A DNA stretch of 64,000 bases from Octopus sinensis (Eukaryota), in NCBI RefSeq assembly GCF_006345805.1, contig NC_043007.1:2604001-2668000 (forward strand), written 5' to 3'. Position 1 is the stretch's first letter, and the number at the start of each line of letters is the position of its first letter. Below the pieces are notes generated by a model. The model did no database searches, had not been told where the DNA came from, and saw only the letters and a program-made list of their open reading frames with translations. This document shows, piece after piece, positions 13,417 through 26,799 of the stretch. The position numbers and the translations under genes are program-made.

Positions 13417-13420
<4 letters not shown>
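13228..13420 (+). mobile_element. Short Penelope-like element between (TA)n tracts with a degenerate minimal hammerhead at 13291-13325
   Basis: GTTT CCGACAA A GAGC TCC GCTC GAAA TG TT AAAT; two core mismatches against CUGACGA. Confidence 0.5.
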
Positions 13421-13485
<65 letters not shown>

Positions 13486-13843
13486 TATACATACGTATAT
13501 ACAGATCGTTCTCTTAATTGATCAAATACTAACGAGATCCAGTAAGGCTAACACATTACCATTGATGACAGAGTCCCCGCTAATAAGAGAGACGTTTGGC
13601 ACTTAGCATAACTTTTTATTATTTGCAATTCTTAAGTTCTTCAAAAGTGAATCTCCCGATTACTATGATCGTCGTGAAAAATTTCTGCTAAGTTTTCGTT
13701 TCTTGATCCAAACTCAAGACGTTTTTTTTCATTCAGATATTTTTACTTACGTCATCTACTGTCATTACCTACGGCATAATATATATATATATATATATAT
13801 ATCTATATATATATATATTATATATATATGTATATGTATATAT

Positions 13844-13900
<57 letters not shown>

Positions 13901-14011
13901 TTATGTATGTATGCGTATGTAAGTATATGTCTATTTTGTATTTACGTCTAACAATCAAACAAACATAAATATGTACACGTATATTCATGTATATAGTTTT
14001 GCAACATATAT

Positions 14012-14088
<77 letters not shown>

Positions 14089-14599
14089 TGGCATATACAT
14101 GCTCATGCACACAAATATACACACACACAAACGCACGCACACAGACATTTATATATATATATATCCATAATTGTGTCTCATTCAAGATTTCTTTTTCTAG
14201 TTCTTTTTATTTTTCGCTAGTCATACAAAACTTTTTTTTCTTCCGTTTCCAAGTAATCTCATGGCTCAGGGACATTCCGACTACAAGCTAATTAAAGAAA
14301 CTTATACAAATTTAAATTTTATGGAATCTGTCCTTATCAAACTAAGCTTTTTTTTTTCTGCCACTAAATTCCAGCGAATGGGTTCGCGAATTGACGTATT
14401 TCTACGTTTTGTAAGACTATATCTTCAAGCAACCTGGTTTATGACAATTATTGATATCCGTGCTCAGACATTATTTAGGTTTCATTTCAAGCAATTCATT
14501 TTTCTAGCGAGGAAGAAAAAAGGAGCGATACTGAAAACCATTAAATGAACACGAGATACTACCCCACATTAAGTAAACAGGCCCAAAGTAACGGAATAT

Positions 14600-15067
14600 T
14601 CTTTTACTCTTTTACTCTTTTACTTGTTTCAGTCATTTGACTGCGGCCATGCTGGAGCACCGCCTTTAATCGAGCAACTCGACCCCGAGACTTATTCTTT
14701 TGTAAGCCCAGTACTTATTCTATCGGTCTCTTTTGCCGAACTGCTAAGTAACGAGGACATAAACACACCAGCATCGGTTGTCAAGCACAGACACACAAAC
14801 ACACACACGCATATAATATATTATATTATATATATAATATATATATATTATATATATTATATATATGTATATATATATATATAATATATATTATACATAT
14901 ATACGATGGGCTTCTTTCAGTTTCCGTCTACCAAATCCACTCACAAGGCTTTGGTCGGCCCGGGGCTATAGTAGAAGACACTTGCCCAAGGTGCCACGCA
15001 GTGGGACTGAACTCGGAACCATGTGGTTGGTAAACAAGCTACTTACCACACAGCCACTCCTGCGCCT
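14600..15067 (-). mobile_element. SINE family 1
   Basis: Reverse complement of 803-1360, including head, internal microsatellite and (CTTTTACT)n tail. Confidence 0.92.
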
Positions 15068-15453
15068 ATTGTATTATCTGTTATATTAGTTGTATTATGT
15101 GTTATCTTTTACTTGTTTCAGTCATTGGGAGGCGACCCAGCTGGGGTAACGCCTTGACGAATTTTGTCGAGTAAATTAGCCCCAGTGCATATTTTTATGC
15201 ATGGTATTTTTCTTATTGGCTTCTTTCGCCGAACCGTTAGATTCCGAGAATAAAAAACACGTAACAACTGTTGTCAAGCGTTGAGGTAATACCTCGTAGG
15301 AATATGCTGTGAGTAAAAGCTTAGCTAGCTAAAACTTCGAAGTTACTGTCAATACTATTGTTGTTAAAGAATAAATTTGTATACACCAAATGTATAGAGT
15401 AATATTACAATTTAATTTAAAATTGAATTTATTATAACGTAAAAATAAACATT

Positions 15454-15494
<41 letters not shown>

Positions 15495-15606
15495 ATTGGT
15501 ATATATATATAGGGAGAGTTTACGAAAAAAACAACAAAAGACGAAGACAAAAAACAAACGGTGTATTAGAATAAGGCTCAGGAATAAAAAAAAAGTCCTT
15601 TACGTT

Positions 15607-15651
<45 letters not shown>

Positions 15652-18173
15652 CTATATATATATATATATGTATATATATGTATATATATGTATATATATA
15701 GTTAATCAAAAAATACGTCGTTGTCTGGCAACGGCTTATTTACAATAATTATGATTCATACATGGCTATTCTAATTTAATAACGCTTCTATCTTTATATC
15801 TATATACATATATTGATAGATATAAATTTAAAGCAATGGATAAATACATACATGTATACATGTACGTATGTATGTATATACAAGTATACATATACATTCA
15901 CATAAATATTGATAGCTCGCAATGAGCAATGTATAATCTATAAAGATAATCCGCCATTACAGTGTCACTGTTTTTCGTTTGAGCATGTTAAGTTCTATAA
16001 TGATTTATAATATAATACCTCTCACGGTGCTTAATTATATTTATACATATGAATTTCATTTTCTTTTAATGTTTGTATCATTTTCGTACATCATCGATTG
16101 TCTACAGATTTAGAAATATGTTGATTAGTTGAATGGAATTAAATGCTTAGATTTTTCTTTCATTTTATCGTTTTTGAGTGTCATTATCTGTGTCAACACC
16201 GCATGATATTTCCATCTATCCGACATATCGTTGTATCATTCACTTCATGGAAACCACTTCGTATTGTAAACAATTCAATTAATATCTACATTTGTTTGTT
16301 ATAGACTCAATCTGACGAAGAAATAGACTCTGATGGATAAGTACAATTGAATTATCCTGCTTCCTGTTTCTGCACATCAAATAATAACCTCAAACGTAAG
16401 CCTGCTGATGGTAAATTAACAAGTATAAACACATGTGATTTCATGTGTGTGTGTGCTATGCTGTTAATAAGATTATCTGTCCACGGGAATAAGCGTGAGT
16501 GTAATCGATGATATCTGAAGATATTTTGTTATGTTTTTATCAAATTATGAACATGAAAATCTTTTTCGTTGCCAGTAATTAATCAGCTCCTTTTCAGAAA
16601 TAGACAAGAAATGTAATCTGTAAGAGCATTCGTTTTGGAAGGAAAGGCGCAAATTAGGCATAAAGACTGATTAATATTCTAAAAGAAAAAAATTATTATA
16701 TACGGCATTTGTTTAATAATCGGATTAAACCGCTCTGTTTTCTATATCCTTAAGGTTCACTTTTTCATAAAGAATTTCTGTTTATATGAGATAGCTCATA
16801 TAAACTCATTGATATTACACTGCTTTCTCACATTGGTAAAGGAACCAAATCTATGCCATTTGTGACATGCGCTTGTAATAAGTTTCACCTTTTTTTTTTA
16901 CTACCACTCCTGATATTACTGAAGTAAAAACTATCTCAACCGGAGATCTTAAGCAGGAAGCTCACACCGATTAATGGGGGCGTATATACGCACTTCATTA
17001 ATTAGACCTGCTTAAATCTATTAGTTCTCCTAGTTCTCCATCTCTACGTATAAGGTTCACAACCAAAATGTTCCTGATATTGTACCTGTGGAAAAGTAGC
17101 TATTGATAATGGTTATATGAATTGTTTATACTCCAGGGCCTCCCTTGAATTTAAAATCCTTAAATCAATTTATATTAAAATAAAACAATATGATGCAAAA
17201 ATTGAGATCAAAATATCATTTTTTCTTTTCGTTATTAGATGGAATATGAACATCTCGCGAAACAATTTGAATACGTTTTTGTTATTCAATATGTTTGTAG
17301 TTGACAAAAATCTTGAAATTGGCAACCATCACGCAAAAGTATTTTTTCCTCTTACATGTCATATATTACTTTATATTTAGTTTGTGCATACAAACATGGA
17401 CGTAAGTTACGGGAAAATTGTAAATAAAAGTTTTCAATTGCAAAAGTTTCGATTTTAGCGCAGATCGTAAGTATTACATTTTGCACAAATGCATAAAATA
17501 ATGCACACAAATGAACGGCATAATGATAACGTTTGAGTTTAGCAACACTATAAAGTGGGTGAAGACTAAAGCTGTACAAACGTTTCTTATGATAACAATT
17601 AGTATCAGACACTGATGTCTAATAATCACGAATCATCTGTTACATTCCAATGTTTTATAGTTAGCTGGGCTAAACTGATTCATTTAAAGTCATTTCTTTC
17701 ATCTGGTTTGTTAAATGTGTTAATTCATTTTCATATTAATATACATTATGGGGAATATCATTTGTTATTTGAATAGTTATAGGAAACGTTCATAATGGAA
17801 CTGATGAAACACATTTGTCAATAAATCAAACTAATTAACGGAAAATCTCACTGCGGATATCGATAGAATATTTACATAAACCACTAAAGGAGAAAAATGT
17901 CATTTCACATTTCAAATATTTTTTATTGGTTTGTAAAGTGCGGCAGATTAGCATTATGATAGTTTACCATAAGAAATGCATAACGTTATTGGTGCTGTTC
18001 TGCCCTGGTTGAGCATCTTCAAGTTTCGGATTACTCTGGGTGTTTTACATATCATTAACTCAGGTGAGTCGTCGTTATTCTGTTCAATTTTTCCTCCTTG
18101 TTCTCTCACTGACATTCATCGTCCATATTCAGCTTCTTTTCTGACCGAGTCAACTACCAATATTACAGTAATT

Positions 18174-18408
18174 GGGGCGACGAGCTGGCAGAATCGTTAG
18201 CACGCCGGGCCAAATGCGTAGCCGTATTTCGTCTGTCGTTACGTTCTGAGTTCAAATTCCGCCGAGGTCGACTTTGCCTTTCATCCTTTCGGGGTCGATA
18301 AATCAAGAACCAGTTACGCACTGGGGTCGATGTAATCGACTTAATCCCTTTGTCTGTCCTTGTTTGTCCCCCTCTGTGTTTAGCCCCTTGTGGGTAGTAA
18401 AGAAAAAT
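18174..18408 (+). mobile_element. SINE family 2
   Basis: Near-identical to the reverse complement of 12381-12612. Confidence 0.9.
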
Positions 18409-18554
18409 AAATAAAACAGCAATTGTCCTTGGCGCTCTTATTTATTTTCCGAGCTATATAAAGTGGTACGAGTATATGAGCGGGCTTCTATCACTCTCGC
18501 TTCATCTGATTCCGTTTTTCGTCATATTCTCTCAACACACTTGACATCATTAGA

Positions 18555-19686
18555 TCTCTGTGGAATAATGAGGGGTACAAGACGGTAGGATATTAGAAGG
18601 AGAAGTTAGAGAGAAAGTACAAGAGGAGAATTAGGGGAGGGTGCTCGAAGCAAATTAAATGGAAGGAACATCGTGAAAACTATGGGCTATGTCAGTATTA
18701 AGATACTCTAGCCCCTTTCTGAAATCGGTTAAAATCGAGTCACAGATCTTGGATAGAACTAGAAAGCTGCTCACAATGCGCAGCGACCGACCGACTCTGC
18801 CTACCAAGAAAGGAAGGTGGCAGGGGATTACTAAACGCAGAAGACACATTTAACTCTGCGATACTGGGTTTGATGAAAGATCATGAAGTGCAGTGTAAAG
18901 AAAAAATACTATCGGCTGCCGGAAATAACCGAACTGTGACTGAAAGAGTAGGAGAATTCAAAGACAAAAGGGAGAATAACAAAAGAAGAAAGGGAAAAGA
19001 AATGGAAATACATGGCAAATTCATGCAAGAAACCGAATCTTTTGGAAGCAAATAGCGTTCGTTCTGGTCGACAGACGAGAACTTGAAAGAGAAACGTAAC
19101 AGAAGAAGAAGCCGCTAGTAAAAATCTGATAAAATCGAAGTTGGCCAAAGAGAACACAGTCAGACACATACATCACATGTAGATTGTGCAGGAAAGGAGG
19201 CGAAAGTAACAATCGCCTTTTGAGTGAGAATAGAAAGGAGTATAAGTGTGGACATGTCTGCGTTGGCAAAAGAGTACAATTTGATGTTAGTCGAGTGTGT
19301 GGCTACAAAGCAACAGAAAAGTGGTGTAAATACGAACCAGAGGCCGAGATATAGAATGAGAAGTGTAAGCCCTTTTCAAATTCCGATAAACACTGACTAA
19401 ACTATTGAAGCAAGATAACCAGATAGAGATGAAGATGAAAAAAACTGTGCAAAGTGCGGGTAAAATGTATCCCAGTAGTTATAGGTGCAGTGGGAACTAT
19501 CCCTAAAGATCTGAACAGATGGATAGAGGAAACAGTCATGAAGTCCTGTTTAGTACAAGTGTAGAAAACAGTGTTATTAGGGACAGCTAGGCTACTTGGG
19601 AGGGTTATTCGCATCTAAGACTATTTGTTTTCGCCCGATGTTAGGATTCTTTTCTCTTCGAACAGTCTATTCTGTTGAGTGTATGG
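18555..19686 (+). mobile_element. Decayed R4/Dong-like RLE non-LTR retrotransposon
   Basis: Fragmentary motifs LPTKKGR, MEIHGKF, CRLCRKGGES, CIPVVIGAVGTIPK, KTVLLGTARLLGRVI; ends in (AAT)n at 19687-19730. Confidence 0.75.
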
Positions 19687-19731
19687 AATAATAATAATAA
19701 TAATAATAATATAATAATAATAATAATAATT

Positions 19732-20062
19732 AAGGCGCATGGCTCAGTGGTTAGAGCGTCGAGCTTACGATCGTGAGGTTGTTGAGCTCGATCCCGGACG
19801 GGCTGCGTGTTGGTTCTGAGCAAGGCACTTTATTTTCCTTCTCCAGTTCACTCAGCTGTAGAAATGAGTTGTGACGTCACTGTGCAAGCTGTATCGACGT
19901 TTATCTTTCCCTTGGATAACACTGGTGGGTCGAGAGGGAGGCTGGTATGCATGGGCGACTGCTGGTCTCCATAAACAACCTTGCCCGGACTTGTGTCTAG
20001 GAGGGTAACTTTCTAGGTGCAATCCCATTGTCATTCATGACCGAAGGGGGTCTTTACCCTTT
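19732..20062 (+). mobile_element. tRNA-derived SINE family 3
   Basis: A box TGGCTCAGTGG, B-box-like GCTCGATCCC; the 3' half matches the reverse complement of 56720-56895. Confidence 0.85.
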
Positions 20063-20119
20063 AATAATAATAATAATAATGATAATAATGATAATGATGA
20101 TAATGATGATGATGATACT

Positions 20120-20347
20120 AGAGCATGACCAATTTTAGCCACGAATTGTGGGATCAACCTTAGGAATGAGCAGGTGCTTTTGCAGTACCGCATCTGTAAT
20201 ATTGTTGACGAAACCATTGCCGGTATGTTAGAGCAAACAGATAAGACCAAGTGGTGGATGATAAGATGCACCACATGTGCTACATAGTTCATGTTGCATG
20301 CCCCTTTGACCAAGCCCCATGTGTAGTCAAGAAGGAAGGTGAAAAAT

Positions 20348-20390
<43 letters not shown>

Positions 20391-20690
20391 CCTTTTAAGT
20401 ACGAAATAACCTGGCTAAGGAAAATGCAGCCAGTGAAGATGGAGTCAATTATTCTTGGGTTCTCGGAAAGAATATCAGAATACAAGAAGAGGATTATAAA
20501 TAAAATCAGAATAGAGTGCCAAGCAGAACTGTTACAAAAGGTTTGCCTCCTTGGCACAGCCAGAAAATCAGGAAATTATTAGATAGTTGAAAAGAAGGGA
20601 TAGCATGATACTGTAGGCTGGGGCAGCAAGCACGCTACGCATAGAAGGACTACAGGAGTTATAAAAAGAACTGAGAAAAAAATGAATGGA
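20120..20690 (+). mobile_element. R4/Dong-like 3' remnant interrupted by (TA)n
   Basis: HVACPFD, KYEI and LQKVCLLGTARK motifs of the restriction-like endonuclease end; (AAT)/(GAT) repeats on both sides. Confidence 0.65.
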
Positions 20691-20744
20691 TAATAATAAT
20701 TACAAACAGAAACACTTTATTTTGACCTGTAATTTCGGGGGATG

Positions 20745-20912
20745 TTTTTAATCGAATAAATTTATCCCTGTGATCAACTGATTCTTATTTTATAGATCTC
20801 AAAAGGATGAAAGGCAAAATGAACCTTGGCGGAATTTGATCTCAGAACGTAAATCGGGAAGAAATGCCGCAAAATAATTTGTTCGGCGCGCTGAAGATTT
20901 TGCCAGCTCACT
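20745..20912 (-). mobile_element. Degenerate SINE family 2-related copy
   Basis: AAAGGATGAAAGGCAAAATGAACCTTGGCGGAATTTGATCTCAGAACG matches family 2. Confidence 0.65.
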
Positions 20913-21794
20913 GGGATTTGAATGCAGAATGTTAAGAAAGAGAACAAATATTTTCAAAGTATTTTATCCGAGTATCTAACATTAATCACAAGTCAAAGTA
21001 TTTTCAGAAAACGCAGTTAACCGATAATATGGACCCCAGTACTTGACAAAAAAATGTTTATTGATTGCGGAAGTGTGAAAGTTAAAGCTTGCCTGGGTTT
21101 CCATGTAATTCTTCAAATATATCGTCATACTACCTTTATTAGTATTCATAAAAGAAACACTAGAAATAAACTACGATTGATGAAACCGTTTCACATTTAC
21201 AATATTTTTTCTGCTTTTCTTCCGACATAAGACATCAATACATCTTCACAGTATTTTTCCTCTTTAGTTAATTTTTCTAAAAGTTTTATTATCTGCTCTG
21301 AGTCGAGAAGATGTAGTGTTTCTAGTTACAAAAGTGTTATATATAGTTGTCAGTGTCTAGCAAAGAAGGAAGTAAATTCACGGCAAATTACACATTCTTT
21401 GTTGTTATGGAATGTGTGATAGTTTAAAAAATGCATATTGTCCGTTAATCCAATTATGCTATGTTCTTTGTTTTATGCAAATGATAGAACATCAATAAAT
21501 AAGAATAACATGAAAAAACAAATAGCTAAAATACAAAATAAATCTTATTTGAAATGGTTATAAACTTTACAAATATCATAATGGAAAGATCATTAAATAG
21601 AGACACTGAGTCTCTTCTAAAACTGTTCTAAAACTTGACAAATATTTCGGCGTACATTTCACGCTCCGACAGACACATAAATACATTCTAAAAAATGTAT
21701 ACGTTACGTATGTATGTGTACGTACGCACGCATGTACGTGTGGATGTATGCACGCATTTATGTACGTATATATTCTGTATGTATGTATGTACAT

Positions 21795-22949
21795 ATGCAA
21801 CACATTTTGAATGCATTCTCTGATGTTTGCACTGCCTTAGGATTGACAGTCAATCTCAAGAAAACTGTTGTCATGCATCAACCTGCCCCTGGTAAGCACT
21901 ATAGTGTACCACATATCTATGTGAATGGTAAACGACTTGATGTAGTCGATCAGATTGCCTACCTGGGAAGCAGTATTAATAGATATGGCAATGTGGATGA
22001 TGAAATTCCATATAGAATTAGGAAAGCAAGTGTTGCTTTCGGAAGGCTAGAAAAGCGCCTCTGGATTCGGCGAGAAATATGCAGAAAGACAAAGATAAAG
22101 GTGTACAAGGCATGTGTGCTCCCTTCTCTTCTCTATGCTTGCAAGACGTGGGTCACATATCGATACCACCTTAAACATCTGGAACGTTTCCATCAGATGT
22201 GCCTCAGACGGATCTATAGCATTAAGTGGAAGGACTGCATCAGTGATCTTGAAATACTCGAAGGCTCTCGGTGTGAAAGTATAGAAGCTCTTGTGTTAAA
22301 GCAAAGGCTCAGATGGAGTGGTCATCTGGTCAGAATGAAGGATTTAAGGATGCCAAAACAACTCTTTTATGGAGAGTTAGCTAAAGGAGAACGACCTCCA
22401 CATAAACCAAAAAAGAGGTATAAGGACTTGCTGAAGGCTTCCTTAAGAGATGCTTGCATCTCTCCTGACACATGGGAAGGCATAGCTATTGATAGTAGCA
22501 GGTGGAGAAGGGGTGTGCATGAGGGGACAGCCATGTTTGAGAAATCTCGAGTTGCACATGAGAAAGTAAGGAGGGATGTCAGGAAGGGCATCGCTGTTAC
22601 ACTTCCAGAAGGGAAGGGTCTTCCTTTGATTCTGACATGCAATATCTGTGCAAGACCCTGCCTCAGTAAAGCTGGACTCATGAGTCATCTTCGTAGTCAT
22701 AAAACGAGACAAATGAGTGACAACCTGGCCACTGGTGGTGGTGTAACACTCCATACTAATTATATCTGTCGGGCATGCGGAAAAGAGTGTAATTCGGCAG
22801 GAGGACTTAAACGACATGCAAAGGTACATGAAGCCCAGTTACAACTACAGCCGGCTATTAACGGTAAGGGTTCTAGTTGCCAATTTTGTACAAGACATTG
22901 TAGATCTTTAGCTGGGCTAAATAGTCACATTCGATCACAGCACCAATAA
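21795..22949 (+). CDS. RTE LINE ORF C-terminal part (end of RT, thumb region, three C2H2 zinc fingers); open but 5'-truncated
   Basis: GLTVNLKKT, YLGS, RLRWSGHLVRM, PKQLFYGEL; CNIC..HLRSH, CRAC..HAKVH, CQFC..HIRSQH; the first ~27 aa of the track ORF are microsatellite flank. Confidence 0.9.
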   Translation: MQHILNAFSDVCTALGLTVNLKKTVVMHQPAPGKHYSVPHIYVNGKRLDVVDQIAYLGSSINRYGNVDDEIPYRIRKASVAFGRLEKRLWIRREICRKTKIKVYKACVLPSLLYACKTWVTYRYHLKHLERFHQMCLRRIYSIKWKDCISDLEILEGSRCESIEALVLKQRLRWSGHLVRMKDLRMPKQLFYGELAKGERPPHKPKKRYKDLLKASLRDACISPDTWEGIAIDSSRWRRGVHEGTAMFEKSRVAHEKVRRDVRKGIAVTLPEGKGLPLILTCNICARPCLSKAGLMSHLRSHKTRQMSDNLATGGGVTLHTNYICRACGKECNSAGGLKRHAKVHEAQLQLQPAINGKGSSCQFCTRHCRSLAGLNSHIRSQHQ

Positions 22950-22999
22950 CAGTTAAGCTTCGTGGAAAGGCCATACTCGATAACGAGGGGTCAGCCATC
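21798..22999 (+). mobile_element. 5'-truncated RTE-clade LINE with 11-bp TSD
   Basis: ATGTACATATG at 21787-21797 and 23000-23010 brackets the element. Confidence 0.88.
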
Positions 23000-23103
23000 A
23001 TGTACATATGTGCATATATGAGTATTTCTAGATATATATCCGTTTATGCATATATATATTCATATGTATTAGGCATTAAATGTATGTATTTATGTATGCA
23101 AGC

Positions 23104-23193
<90 letters not shown>

Positions 23194-24126
23194 TGTGTAT
23201 GTGTGTATATTTAGATATATATACATATATACATACATATGTGTATGTGTGTGTGTGTGTACATGTACATATATGTATTCATACATACAATATACATTCA
23301 TACACGCACATATACACACAGACGCACACACACACACATACATTTTGTCTGATAAGTAGAACTGAGCAGCACATAATGGTTTTTATTCTTCCGTCTCTGA
23401 ACATTCAGACTAATTTCTCGAATCATTAGCGTCGAGTGAAAATTGTAAGAGTACAGACAAAAATAGTTGAATTCCACTTAATATTAAAGATTACAATTAC
23501 ATTGTCTGACCACATTTAAATAATTCTCTTTATAGAAATTTCACTTTACGATTTTTATTATACATCTACAGTTTTCCAAAACAAAAAACGCCATCGCAGC
23601 ATTACTGGAGAATACTTCTGATCAAGCATCTGTTCAAAGGACCATACATAGCCATATTCCACATAGGAGGGTAACATAAGTGTACCCTTATTAAAGCTGA
23701 TTGTAATTGGGGTCTGCGTCGAAGTATGATACGAATATCACCGAAAGGCTTTTCGCAAACGAAACCTGTAACCCTAGCCTTAAGTGAACAGTAAATATGA
23801 ACTGAATTCTATCTCAACCCATATTTTATGAGTATCACATTAGTGAAGTGTATAAAATAAGCTCAGATATTGAATTTAGTTCATTAATATTCTCTGCACA
23901 AAAACGACTGTATCAGAGGCTGAACAACAAGCGATTACGCAGTATCTAGCGTCTTTCAGTTATTACACAGCGTCAGAAGTAAAGGGGAAGTGATATGCTT
24001 TAGCGTATTGTACAGTAGGTCTTTAGGAAAAGAAGATGGTGGATTTCCGGGAAGGAACGTTAGGCAGAGAGATACAAACGCATGTATGTGTGTGTGAGCG
24101 CGCGCATGCTTGTCCCACCCCAACTC

Positions 24127-24207
<81 letters not shown>

Positions 24208-24519
24208 TTGCTTAAACACGACGACGAAAATATACAGAATAATTAAAGAAATAAACCGTGGTGCTTCTGTTGATGTTGTTTAACATTATATAATTATTTG
24301 GTGAGCAAATCTCTGATGAATGAAAATATATTAGTCGAAAGTAACATGAGTAGAGGGGTTTAAAAAGGTAGGGAATCGCATCGTACCTTTCGGATGATTC
24401 AGAATTTGGAAGTGTGAACCCACAACATGAAGGGCAATTAATAAGTGTATTCACAAAACGCTGAAGACGATGACGACGATGATGATAATGATAACGATGA
24501 TTACGATTGTGCTGGTAAA

Positions 24520-24526
24520 AATAATA

Positions 24527-24590
<64 letters not shown>
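24520..24590 (+). repeat. (AAT)n microsatellite
   Basis: Direct reading. Confidence 0.95.
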
Positions 24591-24591
<1 letters not shown>

Positions 24592-25946
24592 TGTTAAACA
24601 ATTCGGCGATGACATCAGAATGAATTTGGCCACGATAAATGTGCAAAAGCTACCTTTATCCAAAGAAAAATGACAAAAACATCCAACGTTAGTCTTCAAC
24701 AGAAGAATGTCATAAAGGATTTAGAACCAGAGGAGAGCTACAGATACCTAGGGGTATTTGAATGGGACGGAATCAAACATTCAGTGATGAGGGAAAGGAT
24801 CAGAAGAGAATGGTATCGTAGGCTGAGAGCAATACTGAAGACAGAGCTGAATGCAAGAAATAGGATCGAAGCGATCAATGCTTTAGCCATACCGGTCGTA
24901 ACTTATAGTTTCAATATCATTAACTGGTCAATTACTGAAATATGTAATCGTGACAGAAAAATACGAAAATTGTTGACAATGTATAGAATGCACAATCCTA
25001 AGACAGATATAGAACGACTTTATCTGCCAAGAAAAGAGGGAGGCCGTGGACCTTTACAACTGGCATTAACAATGAAGATTGCCACTATTGGTCTAGACAC
25101 CTACCTCAAAAACAAGAAAGCGTCATACTCAGTAACAAAACAGGCGAAGAACTATCTAAATGAATTACAAATACAACAAATTCCAGAATTAGGCGTACTA
25201 GAAACAAGTACAAGAAAAGCTAAGCGTATGAAAGCCCGTGCTAAAACCGCTGCCTTAGATATTCTTACTGATAAATTCTGATATATTCTTGCACAATATA
25301 TTCACTGGTTAATTTGCAAACACCTGGACCTGCCCCATGATAAAAACTGGTGGGAACACAAACCACCCCCAGTGCTTGAAAATGATCATATCTCACTCGT
25401 CTGGAACTTCACCATTCAAACTGACAGAAAGAGAGATGCAAATAGGCCAGACATTATATTGAAAGACTTCAGAAAAAAAATTATGCCTCCTCACTGATAT
25501 GACTGTCCCAATTGATATAAATGCATCTGTCAAGACCTACCGAAAGCTGTGCAAGTATAAAGATCTTGAAATAGAAATTGGCAAAATGTGGAACCTGAAG
25601 ACTAAAATAATACCTGTTGTCATAGGTGCCCTAGGAATGATAGCAAAATGGGCTGATTCCTACCTAGCTCAGATACCAGGAAACCCCAAAATGGCAGAAA
25701 CTCAAAGGATAGTGCTTATGGGAGCTGCCCATATCCTACGAAAACTACCGTCTATGTAATCTCAAATTTTAAAACAAATATAATTTTCGTATGGTTTTTT
25801 AAACATTCTCTAGAACAACACTCTGTACAAAACCAAAGGTATGACGCGCTAGGCGTAACAGCAACATGAACTTCTTACTTGGTGTCACTTGACACCTCTG
25901 GGTGAGACTTGGAGCCAACTTGTACAATATAAAGCAAAAGTCAAAC
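24591..25946 (+). mobile_element. R4/Dong-like RLE non-LTR retrotransposon, 5'-truncated and internally deleted, inserted in (TAA)n
   Basis: ESYRYLG and RLYLPRKEGGRG (ORF 24670-25281); NRPDI...DMTVP...KYKDLEIEI..MW...IPVVIGALG (PD-(D/E)xK-type RLE); the CCHC region appears deleted near 25280. Confidence 0.88.
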
Positions 25947-26326
25947 ATATAATGATAATAATAATAGATGTCTAGAGTAAAACAAACTATATTTGCATAC
26001 GTAGACAATTGGATAGATAAAATATATATCATAAAACAATAAACATTAGAAAAACCAAAAACGTTTCGTAATGATAACAAATAAATATCCAATAAAAAAA
26101 AACATTAATTCAGTTTTTGAGCCTAGATAGAATATAACGTTTCACTTATATGTAAACGATTTCATAAAATAAAATATGTGGAACGGGAACAAATGAATAA
26201 GTGAATGAAATTTACACAAATATTGATAAGATGTAATAATAAACACAGAAATACATAGAGTAAATGAGAATTTGCAGTCGACTAATAAATATATTACGAG
26301 ATACCAAACACGCACAAACACATATA

Positions 26327-26389
<63 letters not shown>

Positions 26390-26392
<3 letters not shown>

Positions 26393-26640
26393 TAAAAACG
26401 GTAAGATAACAAAAGAAAGAAAGAGGTACCTCAATATTATATAAATAGAGGAAATTTATCTATAATTTAATATGTTACAATTATACTCAATAGTCAGGAT
26501 AAAACTCTGAGTTTCAGATGCCGAAGTGGAAAACCACAACACCATCTCTTCGGTTATCTGGCCATCTGAAAAAACGCTATCTGAAACTCAGAGTTTTATC
26601 TTGACTATTGAGTAATTGTAACATATTATTTTATAGATAT
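26390..26640. mobile_element. Short Penelope-like fold-back element with a hammerhead-like motif on the - strand (26498-26558)
   Basis: 26579-26640 mirrors ~26455-26519; - strand reads GATAA CCGAAGA GATG...CATC T GAAA CTCAGAG TT TTATC; same family at 54032-54190 and 28135-28300. Confidence 0.7.
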
Positions 26641-26759
26641 ATATATATATTTATATATAATTATACATACAAGAGTATATTACGCACATACATACACATA
26701 AGCATCTCTGTAGGAATATGAATGTATATGTATATATACATATATATATGTATATATAC

Positions 26760-26799
<40 letters not shown>

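Noticed and set aside
19732-19805. tRNA-like sequence
   Set aside because: It continues into a repeated SINE body and has no complete cloverleaf; it is a SINE head, not a tRNA gene
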